Shown here one piece after another: positions 13,703 to 26,461 of a DNA stretch of 64,000 nucleotides. Position 1 is the first letter of the stretch; every line of letters begins with the position of its first letter. A program made the translations under genes and the position numbers. The DNA lies in NCBI GenBank assembly GCA_964016885.1, contig OZ024753.1, positions 16,306,001-16,370,000 on the forward strand, given 5' to 3'. The DNA comes from Eledone cirrhosa. Taxonomy: Eukaryota. The notes under the pieces are model-generated. The model saw only the letters and a program-made list of their open reading frames with translations, had not been told where the DNA came from and did no database searches.

Positions 13703-14399
13703 ATTGAAAAATGGAAAAAAAGCAAGTGGATTACCAAGATCCCAGATCTTATTCACTTACCAAGTGGGGTGGGACTCATTAAATTGAACCAAGGAAACAA
13801 TGTTTCCATTGGTCTTTTCATTGTTAATACTATCTCCCAGTCATAACTCCTGGCAGAAAGAGCAATGTGAATTAAAATATCTTGTTCAAAGACATAACAC
13901 ATTACCCAATCCAGGAATTGAACTCAGAACCTCCCGATTACAAACCCAATTATCTAACCACTAAGCCACACACCCTCACTTATTAATTGAAATAGAGTGT
14001 ATTTCTTTAGAAATATGTTCATTATAACAACCTGAATAATACCAACTCAGAGTCTAGAAAAAACAAAAGGACTCGTTTTAAAAAGATCCTATTTAAATTA
14101 AAACGTCTAACAATTTTATGTAAGCAGCCTATGTTAAGTTAGTATCTTTGTAACAAAATAACTTTAGTAAATTCCTTTAAAAAGAGACTCTCTTTGTCAA
14201 TTACCTGAAAGGAAGTGTATGTCAGTTGAAATCCGGTGAGAAAGGGTTAAGAGAGATAAATATAACATTGAAGAACCCAGTCATGGTCATTAGCAAGTCT
14301 GAAGGTTATAGTATTTATTTAGCAAGATATTCTCACCTAAGGGATATGGCCTTGTAACATTTCATTGTTTAACTAACATGGACAAGATCTTCAGATGGG

Positions 14400-15484
14400 G
14401 GTAGGGAGAGAGAGAAGGGGTAGAGAGAGGGAGAGAGAGAAGGGGTAGAGAGAGGGAGAGAGAGAAGGGGTAGAGAGAGGGAGAGAGAAGGGGTAGAGAG
14501 AAGTAGACAAAAGGAGAGGTAAGGAGAGGAGGGTGAGAAAAACATGTCTACATGGTGGTGGTGGTGGTGGTGGTGACGGTGGGTGGTGGTGACGGTGGTG
14601 GTGGTGACGGTGGTGGTGGTGGTGACGGTGGTGGTGGTGGTGGTGACGGTGGTGGTGGTGGTGGTAGTAGTGATGGTGGTGGTGGTAATGATGATGGTGG
14701 TGGTGGTGGTGGTGGTGGTAATGATGATGGTGGTGGTGGTGGTGGTGATGGTGGTGGTGACGGTGGGTGGTGGTGACGGTGGGTGGTGGTGGTGACGGTG
14801 GTGGTGGTGGTGGTGGTGATAGCAACGTTAGTGGTAGTAGCGTTGGTGGTAGTAGTGGTGGTGGTAGTGGTGGTAGTGGTGGTGGTAGTGGTAGTGATGA
14901 TGGTAGTGGTGGTGATAGTAGTAGTGTTGGTGGTAGTAGTGGTAGTAGTAGTAGTGGTGGTGGTAGTGGTGGTGATAGTGGTGGTGGTGGTGGTAGTAGT
15001 GGTGGTGATGCTGGTAGTGTTGATAGTAGTGGTGGTGGTAGTATTGGTGGTAGTAGTGGTGGTGGTAGTAGTGGTGGTGGTAGTAGTGGCGGTGGTAGTA
15101 GTGGTGGTGGTAGTAGTGGTGGTGGTAGTGTTGTTGTTGGTGGTGGTAGTGGTAGTAGTGTTGAAAGTAGTGGTGATGGTGGTGGTAGTGGTAGTAGTGG
15201 TGGTGGTGATAGTGGTGGTGATGGTGGTGGTGGTGATGGTGGTGGTGTCAGAGACAAACTTTACCTGTATAAACTTGCGTAAGACACGATATTTACGAAG
15301 CCTTACTGTAAACCCAAGGGAATGCACTGTCTACATGTGTGTGTGTGCGTTTATGTATGTGTGTATGTGTGTGTATGTGTGTGCATGTGTGTGTATGTGT
15401 GTGTGTGTGTGTATGTGTGTGTGTGTGTGTGCGTGTGTGTGTGTATGTGTGTGTGTATGTGTGTATGTGTGTGTATGTGTGTGT

Positions 15485-15526
<42 letters not shown>

Positions 15527-15700
15527 ATATATGTGTGTATGTGTGTGTGTGTTTATATATGTGTGTATGTGTGTCTGTGTATGTATGTGTATGTATGTGT
15601 GTGTATGCGTGTGTATGCGTGTGTATGCGTGTGTATGCGTGTGTATGCGTGTGTATGCGTGTGTATGTATGAGTATGTATATATGTATAGATGTGTATGT
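14400..15700. repeat. Compound simple repeats: GA-rich 14400-14540, (GGT/AGT)n 14553-15248, (GT/GTAT)n 15335-15700
   Basis: Direct reading. The overlapping poly-P/T/H/V/G ORFs are artefacts. Confidence 0.9.
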
Positions 15701-15944
15701 GCAAATGGGTGAAAGCCATGCTGTTTAACTTAGATCAACAGTGATGGAGCAGTCCTGACATCAAAAGCATTCCTGCCATGACCATCACAATTTTTTTAAT
15801 AAATGGTTTTAATAAATGGTTTCCATACCAAATGTGAAATATATGAAGACATGGTTCTCCAAGCTGGCTAGTCTTGCAGTGTGATAGTTCATCTAACTCC
15901 CATCAACATGGAAAGTTGACAGAAAACGATATATATATATATCA

Positions 15945-16360
15945 TTTCATCATCATTTCATTTTACGTCTGCTTTTACCTGGTTGCTCAAGGAAACAACA
16001 TCACCCGGTCTGAGAATTGAACTCACAACCTTTCGATTGCAAGGCCAATGTTTTAACCACTGAGCCATGTGCCTCCATATATAAATCATATCATTTTACG
16101 TCCACTTTTCCCTGCTTGCAAGGGTGGGACGGGAACCGATTCTGGCTTGATTTCTACAGCTGGATGCCCTTCCTAACACCAACCTCATTTACAGTGTGGG
16201 CTGCGTGTTTTTTGCCGTGGCACCTCCACGACCACTTTGCAGTGGAATGATAGGGACCCCAGTCCCTATCATCTCATTTCTACAGCTGAGTAAACTGGAG
16301 CAATGTGAAATAAAGTGTCTTGCTCAAGGAAACAACACATCACCCGGTCTGAGAATTGAA
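15945..16360 (-). mobile_element. CORE-type tRNA SINEs with RTE-derived tail (two pieces)
   Basis: Reverse complement of the 48917-49262 family. Confidence 0.8.
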
Positions 16361-16747
16361 CCCACAACTGAAGAGTCCTCTCAACCATTTGTTTGGCAGA
16401 AGGAGGAATGACAAGTATACTGTCATGGGTAGGTTGGTTTTTGTGGGGTTCTTGTTGGTGAATTTTTCCAGCCCCTCATTTCATCATTCCAAGGTCTCTG
16501 ATCACCTCTCATATGGTTTAGGTGGTCATGGCCCACATTCTGGAGATCTCAATCTCAATGTTTTTATATTCAGACATATTTTATCTGAACTTAACCGATG
16601 TGCTACAGCAGAGATTCCCATCATGGGGTACACACCCCACAGGAGAACAATTTGAATATTTAAGGGGAGGCGGCAATTTAAAAATGTTAATAAGAACAAA
16701 CTTCAGGTTTTACCTTATTGCTTTTACACTGAAGCAACATTGCTAAA

Positions 16748-19700
16748 CATTACTGTTAGAAACTCCCGTCTCCCCTCCTTCATGGTAGACATTACTGTCA
16801 GAAACTCCTGTCTCACCTCCTACATGGTAGACTACATTACTGTCAGAAACTCCCGTCTCCTCTCCTACATGGTAGACCACATTACTGTCAGAAACTCCTG
16901 TCTCCTCTCCTACATGGTAGACCACATTACTGTCAGAAACTCCTGTCTCACCTCCTACATGGTAGACCACATTACTGTCAGAAACTCCTGTCTCCTCTCC
17001 TACATGGTAGACCACATTACTGTCAGAAACTCCTGTCTCCTCTCCTACATGGTAGACCACATTACTGTCAGAAACTCCTGTCTCACCTACATGGTAGACC
17101 ACATTACTGTCAGAAACTCCTGTCTCCTCTCCTACATGGTAGACCACATTACTGTCAGAAACTCCTTCTCTCCTACATGGTAGACCACATTACTGTCAGA
17201 AACTCCTGTCTCCTCTCCTACATGGTAGACCACATTACTGTCAGAAACTCCTGTCTCACCTACATGGTAGACCACATTACTGTCAGAAACTCCTTTCTCC
17301 TCTCCTACATGGTAGACCACATTACTGTCAGAAACTCCTGTCTCACCTACATGGTAGACCACATTACTGTCAGAAACTCCTGTCTCCTCTCCTACATGGT
17401 AGACCACATTACTGTCAGAAACTCCTGTCTCACCTACATGGTAGACCACATTACTGTCAGAAACTCCTGTCTCACCTACATGGTAGACCACATTACTGTC
17501 AGAAACTCCTGTCTCCTCTCCTACATGGTAGACCACATTACTGTCAGAAACTCCTGTCTCACCTCCTACATGGTAGACCACATTACTGTCAGAAACTCCT
17601 GTCTCACCTACATGGTAGACCACATTACTGTCAGAAACTCCTGTCTCCTCTCCTACATGGTAGACCACATTACTGTCAGAAACTCCTGTCTCCTCTCCTA
17701 CATGGTAGACCACATTACTGTCAGAAACTCCTGTCTCACCTCCTACATGGTAGACCACATTACTGTCAGAAACTCCTGTCTCCTCTCCTACATGGTAGAC
17801 CACATTACTGTCAGAAACTCCTGTCTCCTCTCCTACATGGTAGACCACATTACTGTCAGAAACTCCTGTCTCACCTACATGGTAGACCACATTACTGTCA
17901 GAAACTCCTGTCTCCTCTCCTACATGGTAGACCACATTACTGTCAGAAACTCCTGTCTCACCTACATGGTAGACCACATTACTGTCAGAAACTCCTGTCT
18001 CGCCTCCTACATGGTAGACCACATTACTGTCAGAAACTCCTGTCTCCCCTCCTCCATGGTAGACATTACTGTCAGAAACTCCTGTCTCCCCTCCTACATG
18101 GTAGACCACATTACTGTCAGAAACTCCTGTCTCACCTCCTCCATGGTAGACATTACTGTCAGAAACTCCTGTCTCCCCTCCTACATGGTAGACTACATTA
18201 CTGTCAGAAACTCCTGTCTCACCTCCTCCATGGTAGACATTACTGTCAGAAACTCCTGTCTCCCCTCCTACATGGTAGACATTACTGTCAGAAACTCCTG
18301 TCACACCTCCTACATGGTAGACCACATTACTGTCAGAAACTCCTGTCTCCCCTCCTCCATGGTAGACATTACTGTCAGAAACTCCTGTCACACCTCCTCC
18401 ATGGTAGACATTACTGTCAGAAACTCCTGTCTTACCTCCTCCATGGTAGACATTACTGTCAGAAACTCCTGTCACACCTCCTCCATGGTAGACATTACTG
18501 TCAGAAACTCCTGTCACACCTCCTACATGGTAGACCACATTACTGTCAGAAACTCCTGTCTCCCCTCCTCCATGGTAGACATTACTGTCAGAAACTCCTG
18601 TCACACCTCCTCCATGGTAGACATTACTGTCAGAAACTCCTGTCTTACCTCCTCCATGGTAGACATTACTGTCAGAAACTCCTGTCACACCTCCTCCATG
18701 GTAGACATTACTGTCAGAAACTCCTGTCACACCTCCTACATGGTAGACCACATTACTGTCAGAAACTCCTGTCTCCCCTCCTCCATGGTAGACATTACTG
18801 TCAGAAACTCCTGTCACACCTCCTCCATGGTAGACATTACTGTCAGAAACTCCTGTCTTACCTCCTCCATGGTAGACATTACTGTCAGAAACTCCTGTCA
18901 CACCTCCTCCATGGTAGACATTACTGTCAGAAACTCCTGTCACACCTCCTCCATGGTAGACATTACTGTCAGAAACTCCTGTCTTACCTCCTCCATGGTA
19001 GACATTACTGTCAGAAACTCCTGTCACACCTCCTCCATGGTAGACATTACTGTCAGAAACTCCTGTCACACCTCCTACATGGTAGACCACATTACTGTCA
19101 GAAACTCCTGTCTCCCCTCCTCCATGGTAGACATTACTGTCAGAAACTCCTGTCACACCTCCTCCATGGTAGACATTACTGTCAGAAACTCCTGTCTTAC
19201 CTCCTCCATGGTAGACATTACTGTCAGAAACTCCTGTCACACCTCCTCCATGGTAGACATTACTGTCAGAAACTCCTGTCACACCTACATGGTAGACCAC
19301 ATTACTGTCAGAAACTCCTGTCTCCCCTCCTCCATGGTAGACATTACTGTCAGAAACTCCTGTCACACCTCCTCCATGGTAGACATTACTGTCAGAAACT
19401 CCTGTCTTACCTCCTCCATGGTAGACATTACTGTCAGAAACTCCTGTCACACCTCCTCCATGGTAGACATTACTGTCAGAAACACCTGTCTCCCCTCCTA
19501 CATGGTAGACCACATTACTGTCAGAAACTCCTGTCACACCTCCTCCATGGTAGACATTACTGTCAGAAACACCTGCCTCTCCTCCTACATGGTAGACCAC
19601 ATTACTGTCAGAAACTCCTGTCTCCCCTCCTACATGGTAGACCACATTACTGTCAGAAACACCTGCCTCTCCTCCTACATGGTAGACCACATTACTGTCA

Positions 19701-20350
19701 GGAACTCCTGTCACACCTCCTACATGGTAGACCACATTACTGTCAGGAACTCCTGTCTCACCTCCTTCATGGTAGACCACATTACTGTCAGAAACACCTG
19801 TCTCCCCTCCTACATGGTAGACCACATTACTGTCAGAAACACCTGCCTCTCCTCCTACATGGTAGACCACATTACTGTCAGAAACTCCTGTCTCCCCTCC
19901 TACATGGTAGACCACATTACTGTCAGAAACACCTGCCTCTCCTCCTACATGGTAGACCACATTACTGTCAGAAACTCCTGTCTCACCTCCTACATGGTAG
20001 ACCACATTACTGTCAGGAACTCCTGTCTCACCTCCTTCATGGTAGACATTACTGCCAGAAACACCTGCCTCTCCTCCTACATGGTAGACCACATTACTGT
20101 CAGAAACTCCTGTCTCCCCTCCTACATGGTAGACCACATTACTGTCAGAAACTCCTGTCTCCTCTCCTACATGGTAGACCACATTACTGTCAGAAACTCC
20201 TGTCTCACCACCTCCATGGTAAACATTACTGTCAGAAACTCCTGTCTCCCCTCCTACATGGTAGACCACATTACTGTCAGAAACTCCTGTCTCCCCTCCT
20301 ACATGGTAGACCACATTACTGTCAGAAACTCCTGTCTCACCTCCCCCTCC
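16748..20350. repeat. 3.6-kb minisatellite of 45/42-bp units (CATTACTGTCAGAAACTCCTGTCTCCTCTCCTACATGGTAGACCA), ~80 copies
   Basis: Units translate as 15- or 14-aa repeats on both strands (ORFs 17177-20551 + and 17132-20647 -). Confidence 0.95.
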
Positions 20351-20552
20351 ATATGTTATTGTGCATCTGACACCACATGTTTGCTGCAGTTGATTATCAC
20401 TGTTTTCATATCCAATGGGAACATGATAGATGTTGAGATGGTGTATGGTGCACAAAAGACTGGTAACCTCTGTGTGACAGTCTGCTTGTGTTGCCATAAA
20501 ACTCAATATACATGCTTTATTCTTGCCAATTTTAATCAATACTGTTATTAAA

Positions 20553-20835
20553 TATTTAACTTTGCCTTTCATCCTTACGGGGTCGATAAAATAAAGTACC
20601 AGTAATGCACTGCGTAATTGCTGGCCTTGTGCCAAAAGTAGAAACAATTATTAGTAATTGGATTTGGATTGGCAGTATCAGTAGAGGGTCGGACGCCATG
20701 CTTTGGCGCATAGAGTTACGCCCCTTGCCATTCTAAGTTCAAATCCCGCCGAGGTTAACTTTGCCTTTCATCCTTACGGGGTCGATAAAATAAAGTACCA
20801 GTAATGCACTGGGATAATTGTAGAAACAATTATTA
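20553..20835 (+). mobile_element. Meta-type tRNA SINEs (one partial, one full)
   Basis: Same family as 3585-3778. Confidence 0.85.
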
Positions 20836-21002
20836 TTATAATCATTTAACTATTTTTAGTCTCTTTGTTGAGTATTTCTATTTTTCCTCGAGAATGTCAC
20901 GGATGTTTGGCAAAGGATTTACAATTGAACTTGACAAAAATGTTTGTGACAAAAATAGTTATTGATGTTATGACAAAAAACCTTTCATTCCAGCACAACA
21001 AT

Positions 21003-21680
21003 GTTTGTGTTGTTGCTGTTATTGGTGTTATTGCTGTTGTTATTGCTATTGGTGTTGTTGGTGCTGTTGTTGGTGTTGTTGGTGGTGGTGGTGTTGTTGG
21101 TGGTGGTGGTGTTGTTGGTGGTGGTGGTGTTGGTGGTGTTGTTGTTGGTGGTGTTGTTGGTGGTGGTGTTGTTGTTGGTGGTGTTGTTGGTGGTGTTGGT
21201 GGTGTTGTTGGTGGTGGCAGTGTTGTTGTTGGTGGTGGTGGTGGCAGTGTTGTTGTTGGTGGTGGTGGTGGTGGTGGTGGTGGTGGTGGTGGTGGTGGTG
21301 TTGTTGTCGGTGGTGCTGTTGGTGCTGTTGTTGCTGTTGGTGCTGTTGTTGCTGTTGTTGTTGTTGTTGTTGCCGCTGTTGCTGTTGCTGTTATTGTTGT
21401 TATTATTGTTGTTATTATTGTTGCTGTTATTGTTGCTGTTATTGGTGTTGCTGTTATTGTTGCTGTTATTGGTGTTGCTGTTATTGGTGTTGCTGTTATT
21501 GGTGTTGCTGTTATTGGTGTTGCTGTTATTGGTGTTGCTGTTATTGGTGTTGCTGTTATTGGTGTTGCCGTTATTGGTGTTGCCGTTATTGGTGTTGCTG
21601 TTATTGGTGTTGCTGTTATTGGTGTTGCTGTTATTGGTGTTGCCGTTATTGTTGCTGTTATAGGTGTTGCTGTTATTGTG
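21003..21680. repeat. (GTT/GGT)n and 15-bp GTTGCTGTTATTGGT repeats
   Basis: Direct reading. Confidence 0.9.
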
Positions 21681-21789
21681 AAATGTTTGGTTTGCTTTTT
21701 TGTACTGTGTTGTTGTTTCTTTTTGTTTTGTTTCCAAATCAAATGATTATCATCATTAATTCTCTGCCTCAGTCAGGATTATCTAAATC

Positions 21790-22764
21790 TATTCTGTTCA
21801 TATCATCTGATGTCACAAAGCTCTGGAAAATCCTAAAAAAGCTTGGAATGCCTGATAATATGCTAAATATCATCATATGTTTCCATGGGGTCATGAAAGC
21901 ATCAGTTATGTCAGAGGGTGAATTCTCTGAACCCTTTGCTGTTACAAATGACGCAAAGCAGGGTTTTGTCATGACTTCTGTCCTCTTTGCTTTGTTCTTT
22001 TCTGTAATGCTCCAGCATGGCATTTGGCGATTTGGACACTGATATCAGATTTGAGTTCCGTACACCAGGTGGGCTATTCAACCATCAGCGCTTTAAGTCT
22101 AAAACAAGTATCATTCGTGATTTACTGTTTCCTGATGATGCTGCATTTGTTGCAGTATCCCTCAAAGAGGCACATGAATTGATGAACTGTATTTTGCTTG
22201 CCTGTAAGATCTAACAGTTAGCATCGAGAAGACTGAGGTGATACATCAACTAAAACCATCCCCCAGGCCTGCAGGAGGTGTTAAACAGGTGTGGCCAGAT
22301 CAGGGGTGTCCTCTTGCACCCATCACTATTGATGGCAAGGATCTGAAGTATGTGAGTTCCTTTACTTATATTGGCAGTAGGGTGAACCACTCTGCATCCC
22401 TGGATGATGAGATTATTAATTGCATCTCCAAGGCAACTGATGCTTTTGACAAACTACATCATTGCCTATGGAGTGTCAGAGGTATATCCCTGAAAAGAAA
22501 AGTTGCAGTTTATCGTTTATCGTGCAGTGGTACTGAAATGACTTATATGGCTCAGAATCATGGACACTTTACCGCACCCACATACATAAGCTTGATGTCT
22601 TCCACAAATGCTGTCTTCACATTGTCTGTGGATATACACTTTCTGACGGAGTCTCCAATGCCAAACTGTTCACAAGGTGCATCATTGGTGGGATTGAGTC
22701 ATTTCTGATGCAATCCCAACTCAGGTGGGCTGGTCATGTCCTACAGAATCTGAGGACGACATAC

Positions 22765-22816
<52 letters not shown>

Positions 22817-23042
22817 ATACAGTCGCTGCCATGTTCAAAGAGAACCAGTGAACTATGATCTCCACGATGCTGTGACGGTTCACGGGAAAGCTGATGCAAG
22901 ACCTCAAGCCAGGGAGATCCATAGTTGTCATCAGTGTGTGAAGGAGTGCAAGTCTCTAGCAGGCTTGAAAAGCCATATCCGAGCGTCACACATCTGAATC
23001 TGACAAGCGATTGCAATACTCCTGGCAGAGTTTACAGCCATC
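21790..23042 (+). mobile_element. RTE/BovB-like LINE, degenerate RT and C-terminal C2H2 finger, interrupted by a microsatellite
   Basis: LWKILKKLGMP...KQGFVMTSVLFALFF, DLLFPDDAAF, FTYIGS and CHQCVKECKSLAGLKSHIRASH. Confidence 0.85.
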
Positions 23043-23084
23043 ATATATATATATATATACTTGATCAAGGAAACAACACATCAC

Positions 23085-23360
23085 TCAGACCGGGTGATGT
23101 GTTGTTTCCTTGAGCAAGACACTTTATTTCACATTGCTCCAGTTTACTCAGCTGTAGAAATGAGATGATAGGGACTGGGGTCCATATCATTCCACTGCAA
23201 AGTGGTCGTGGAGGTGCCACGGCAAAAAAGCACCCAGCACTCACTGTAAATGAGGTTGGTGTTAGGAAGGGCATCCAGCTGTAGAAATCAAGCCAGCATC
23301 AGTTCCCGTCCCACCCTTGCAAGCAGGGAAAAGCGGACGTAAAATGAAATGAAATGATGA
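23085..23360 (+). mobile_element. CORE-type SINE, 5'-truncated
   Basis: CCTTGAGCAAGACACTTTATTTCACATTGCTCCAGTTTACTCAGCTGTAGAAATGAG resembles the CORE (MIR) domain. RTE-type tail follows. Confidence 0.85.
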
Positions 23361-23364
23361 ATGA

Positions 23365-23645
23365 TGGTGATACAAAAGATCCCCTTCGGTCAAAAATGAC
23401 CATGGGATTTGAACGTAGAAAATTTCCCTCTGAGGCACAAGTTCGGTCAAAGTTGTTTTGTGGAAGACCAGCAGGCGCACATGTATACCAGTCTCCCCTC
23501 TCCACACCACCAATGTTGTCCATGGGAAAGGCAATGGCCGATACAGCTTGGCACCTGTGACATTGTAACTCATTTCTACAGTTGAGTAAACTGGAGCAAC
23601 GTGAAATAAAGTGTCCGATGCTCTAACCACTAACCCATGTGCCTT
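23365..23645 (-). mobile_element. CORE-type SINE with a different 3' body
   Basis: CORE segment at 23570-23615 (reverse complement) and tRNA A-box remnant at 23620-23645. The 3' body is unrelated to the RTE tail. Confidence 0.6.
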
Positions 23646-23798
23646 CATCATCATCATCATCATTTTACATCCACTTTTCCCTCCTTGCAAGGGTAGGACG
23701 GGAACTTATTCTGGCTTGATTTCTACAGCTGGATGCCCTTCCTAACACCAACCTCATTTACAGTGAGTGCTGGGTGCTTTTTTCCGTGGGGCCTACAC

Positions 23799-23844
<46 letters not shown>

Positions 23845-24033
23845 TCTTTTACCTGTTTCAGCCATCCGGCTGAGGCCATGCTGGGGCACCGCCCTTGATA
23901 TATACAATATATTAATAAATGGAAACTATATTTATAAAACCATATTTATTTTATTATACATATTTCAAGGGAGCTCCAACCGTTAAGGTTGTTTTTTTTC
24001 CGGGTATATCAATATTTATTTATAAAACAAATC

Positions 24034-24099
24034 TATTTTATCTGATGAAAGCTCACCATAATTTGCCTTGGTTGCCCTTGAAATATGTATAATAAAATA
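24034..24099 (+). ncRNA. Type I hammerhead ribozyme (minimal, near-palindromic stem III)
   Basis: Stem I TATTTTAT/ATAAAATA, CTGATGA 24042-48, stem II AAG...CTT, GAAA 24080-83, TATGTA, cleavage after AUA at 24091. Confidence 0.75.
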
Positions 24100-24574
24100 A
24101 ATATGGTTTTATAAATATAGTTTCCATTTATTAATATATTGTGTATTTACTCCACTTAGCTGTTGAGTGCTTTATATCAGTTGTAAAAATGTTTCATCTT
24201 GTTGAATCCCAACAAATTAAATATAACCTCGGCATATATATATATATATATATGCAAAGTTTTATTTAAATTGTTGGGTTACAACGAGTAAATATTTATA
24301 ACTGATATAAAAGCACTCAACAAGTATTTGGAGTATATTTACGATATTAAATAAATGGAAACTATATTTATAAAACAATATTTATTTCATTATATATATT
24401 TCAGGGATATCATATTAAAAATATGTTATGCCTTCTTCAGACAAAATACAATATAAACAGTCTTATAAATAGATAGATTCGACATACCTTTCAACTTCGA
24501 CTTCCAACTTTTCAAATGGAAGTCGAAGTTGAAAGGTATGTCGAATCTATCTATTTATAAGACTGTTTATATTG

Positions 24575-24640
24575 TATTTTGTCTGAAGAAGGCATAACAT
24601 ATTTTTAATATGATATCCCTGAAATATATATAATGAAATA
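24575..24640 (+). ncRNA. Type I hammerhead ribozyme (mirror copy on the - strand at 24383-24448)
   Basis: Stem I TATTTTGT/ATGAAATA, CTGAAGA 24583-89, stem II AGG..CATATT/AATATG..CCT, GAAA 24621-24, palindromic TATATA, AUA cleavage at 24632. Confidence 0.75.
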
Positions 24641-25282
24641 AATATGGTTTTATAAATATAGTTTCCATTTATTTAATATCGTATATATATATATATATAT
24701 ATATATATTTTTTTTATTATTTGTTGGTCGTAGTTGGTTGGTGATTGTGTTGTAGTGTTGATTCGTTTGTCGCGTGCGTGCTCACGCTTGTTGTGTGGCG
24801 TTGTCACTTGTGTGATACTGTGTGACCAGAGGTTGCATCTGTGCAGGTAAGTAAGTGTTCAATAAGATGAAGATGATAGGATAGTTGCTTGATCACGCAG
24901 AAAATGAATATATATAAATGAACCACGATGACACCAAACCATTATATTATTAATTTATTAAAAATAACTCACGCGGGAGTTATACTAGAAACACTCAGGA
25001 ATTATGGACGTTATTTAGAGTATGTAAGACCCCAACAGGTCTGTAGAAAGCAAATGTCAGAGTGCCAAGAAATGCCAGTAGAAGGAAGACATGTTTACTA
25101 TATCAAGAACTGCTTTGAACTGCTTCCCACTTGATCTAAGACAGGCTACTTATATCTGCCGCTTCCTGTCCCCTGGTTGTCCACTCTCAGACTTGTTTAC
25201 GCCCAAAAGGAGATAACCCAGAAAATGACCATTAAGTGTCACCCAGGGGTCAAAGTGTGGACAGATTTCGCTACACACACAC

Positions 25283-25592
<310 letters not shown>

Positions 25593-25616
25593 ATATATAT
25601 ATATATATAAACACAT

Positions 25617-25977
25617 ATCATCATCATTTTACGTCCACTTTTCCCTGCTTGCAAGGGTGGGACGGGTCTTATTAAGCACGACATCTCTCCATTCATCACG
25701 GTCCTTTGTCATCTCCTCCGTGAGCTTCAGCGATCTGAGGTCTGCTCTCACCACCTCCGCCCATGTTTTTCGTGGTCTTCCTCTACTGCATCTTCCTTCA
25801 ACTGGGATTTCTTGGCACGTCTTTACCCAGCTGTCATCCTCCATGCGCATCACATGTCCATACCAACACAGTCTTCTCTCCTGCACACCACAGTTTATCC
25901 CTCTTATACACAGTTTCTCTCTCAACTCGTCTATGCTTGGTCGTTCACGCACATTGACATTGCACATCCAACAGAGC
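25617..25977 (-). mobile_element. RTE LINE 3' fragment
   Basis: MLCWMC...ERRLCWYGHVMRMEDD...RGRPRKTW, ending GGAAAAGTGGACGTAAAA(TGA)n. Confidence 0.9.
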
Positions 25978-26461
25978 ACATATATATATATGTTTACATG
26001 TGCCGTGGTGGCCTCTCTGTCCGCAATCTTTGCGGCACATTTTTACCACCGTCGTAAAAAAAACCCTTCTGGATTATTTCCCTTCCCCTTCTCCTCCTCA
26101 CTTTTGGTTGCTCGTGTCTCTCTCTCACTTTCTCCTGTCTATGCGAGAGGCAGTACGATTATACCAGCTCTGAGTCGTAGCTGACCACCAGGCTAAAGTC
26201 TCCCAGGTTGGCCACAACTTACTTTCCCTATTCTTCCACGGTTACTTTTTTGCATGTTTCTTTCACCTGTGTCTTCCCACGATGGGACCTGTACACTTTT
26301 TTCTTCTATTCCTTTCCTATTTTCCCCTTCTTCCTCTCTCCTCATCCCCACCCCTGTTCTTCCTCCTTTCCCTCTCTTTCCTTTTCTCTCTCCTTTTTTT
26401 CTCTCTTCTTTGCCACCTGGCCTTTTGATTAATAAAAGGCCTCGGGCACACCCGAACTACA

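Larger units (their letters stand above)
23901..24683. mobile_element. Two related Penelope-like pLTR remnants, tail-to-tail around (TA)n, each with a fold-back
   Basis: Inverted repeats 23901-23971/24075-24145 and 24340-24506/24517-24683. Both contain hammerhead motifs. 24075-24235 resembles the reverse complement of 24253-24410. Confidence 0.7.

Noticed and set aside
14391-15728. Poly-Pro/His/Thr/Val/Gly ORFs (also 20865-22042, 25150-25699, 35432-37925, 41532-42365, 51407-52324)
   Set aside because: These are translations of simple repeats, open in several frames and strands, with no gene structure.
16520-16600. PHSGDLNLNVFIF resembling Tc1 PRSPDLNP (and NMIDVEMVYGA at ~20420)
   Set aside because: The similarity is too weak, there are no TIRs, and the order is inconsistent with a single element.
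16748-20350. CRISPR-like appearance of the long arrays (also 38807-39960, 50105-50870)
   Set aside because: The units are contiguous with no unique spacers, there are no cas genes, and the context is eukaryotic.
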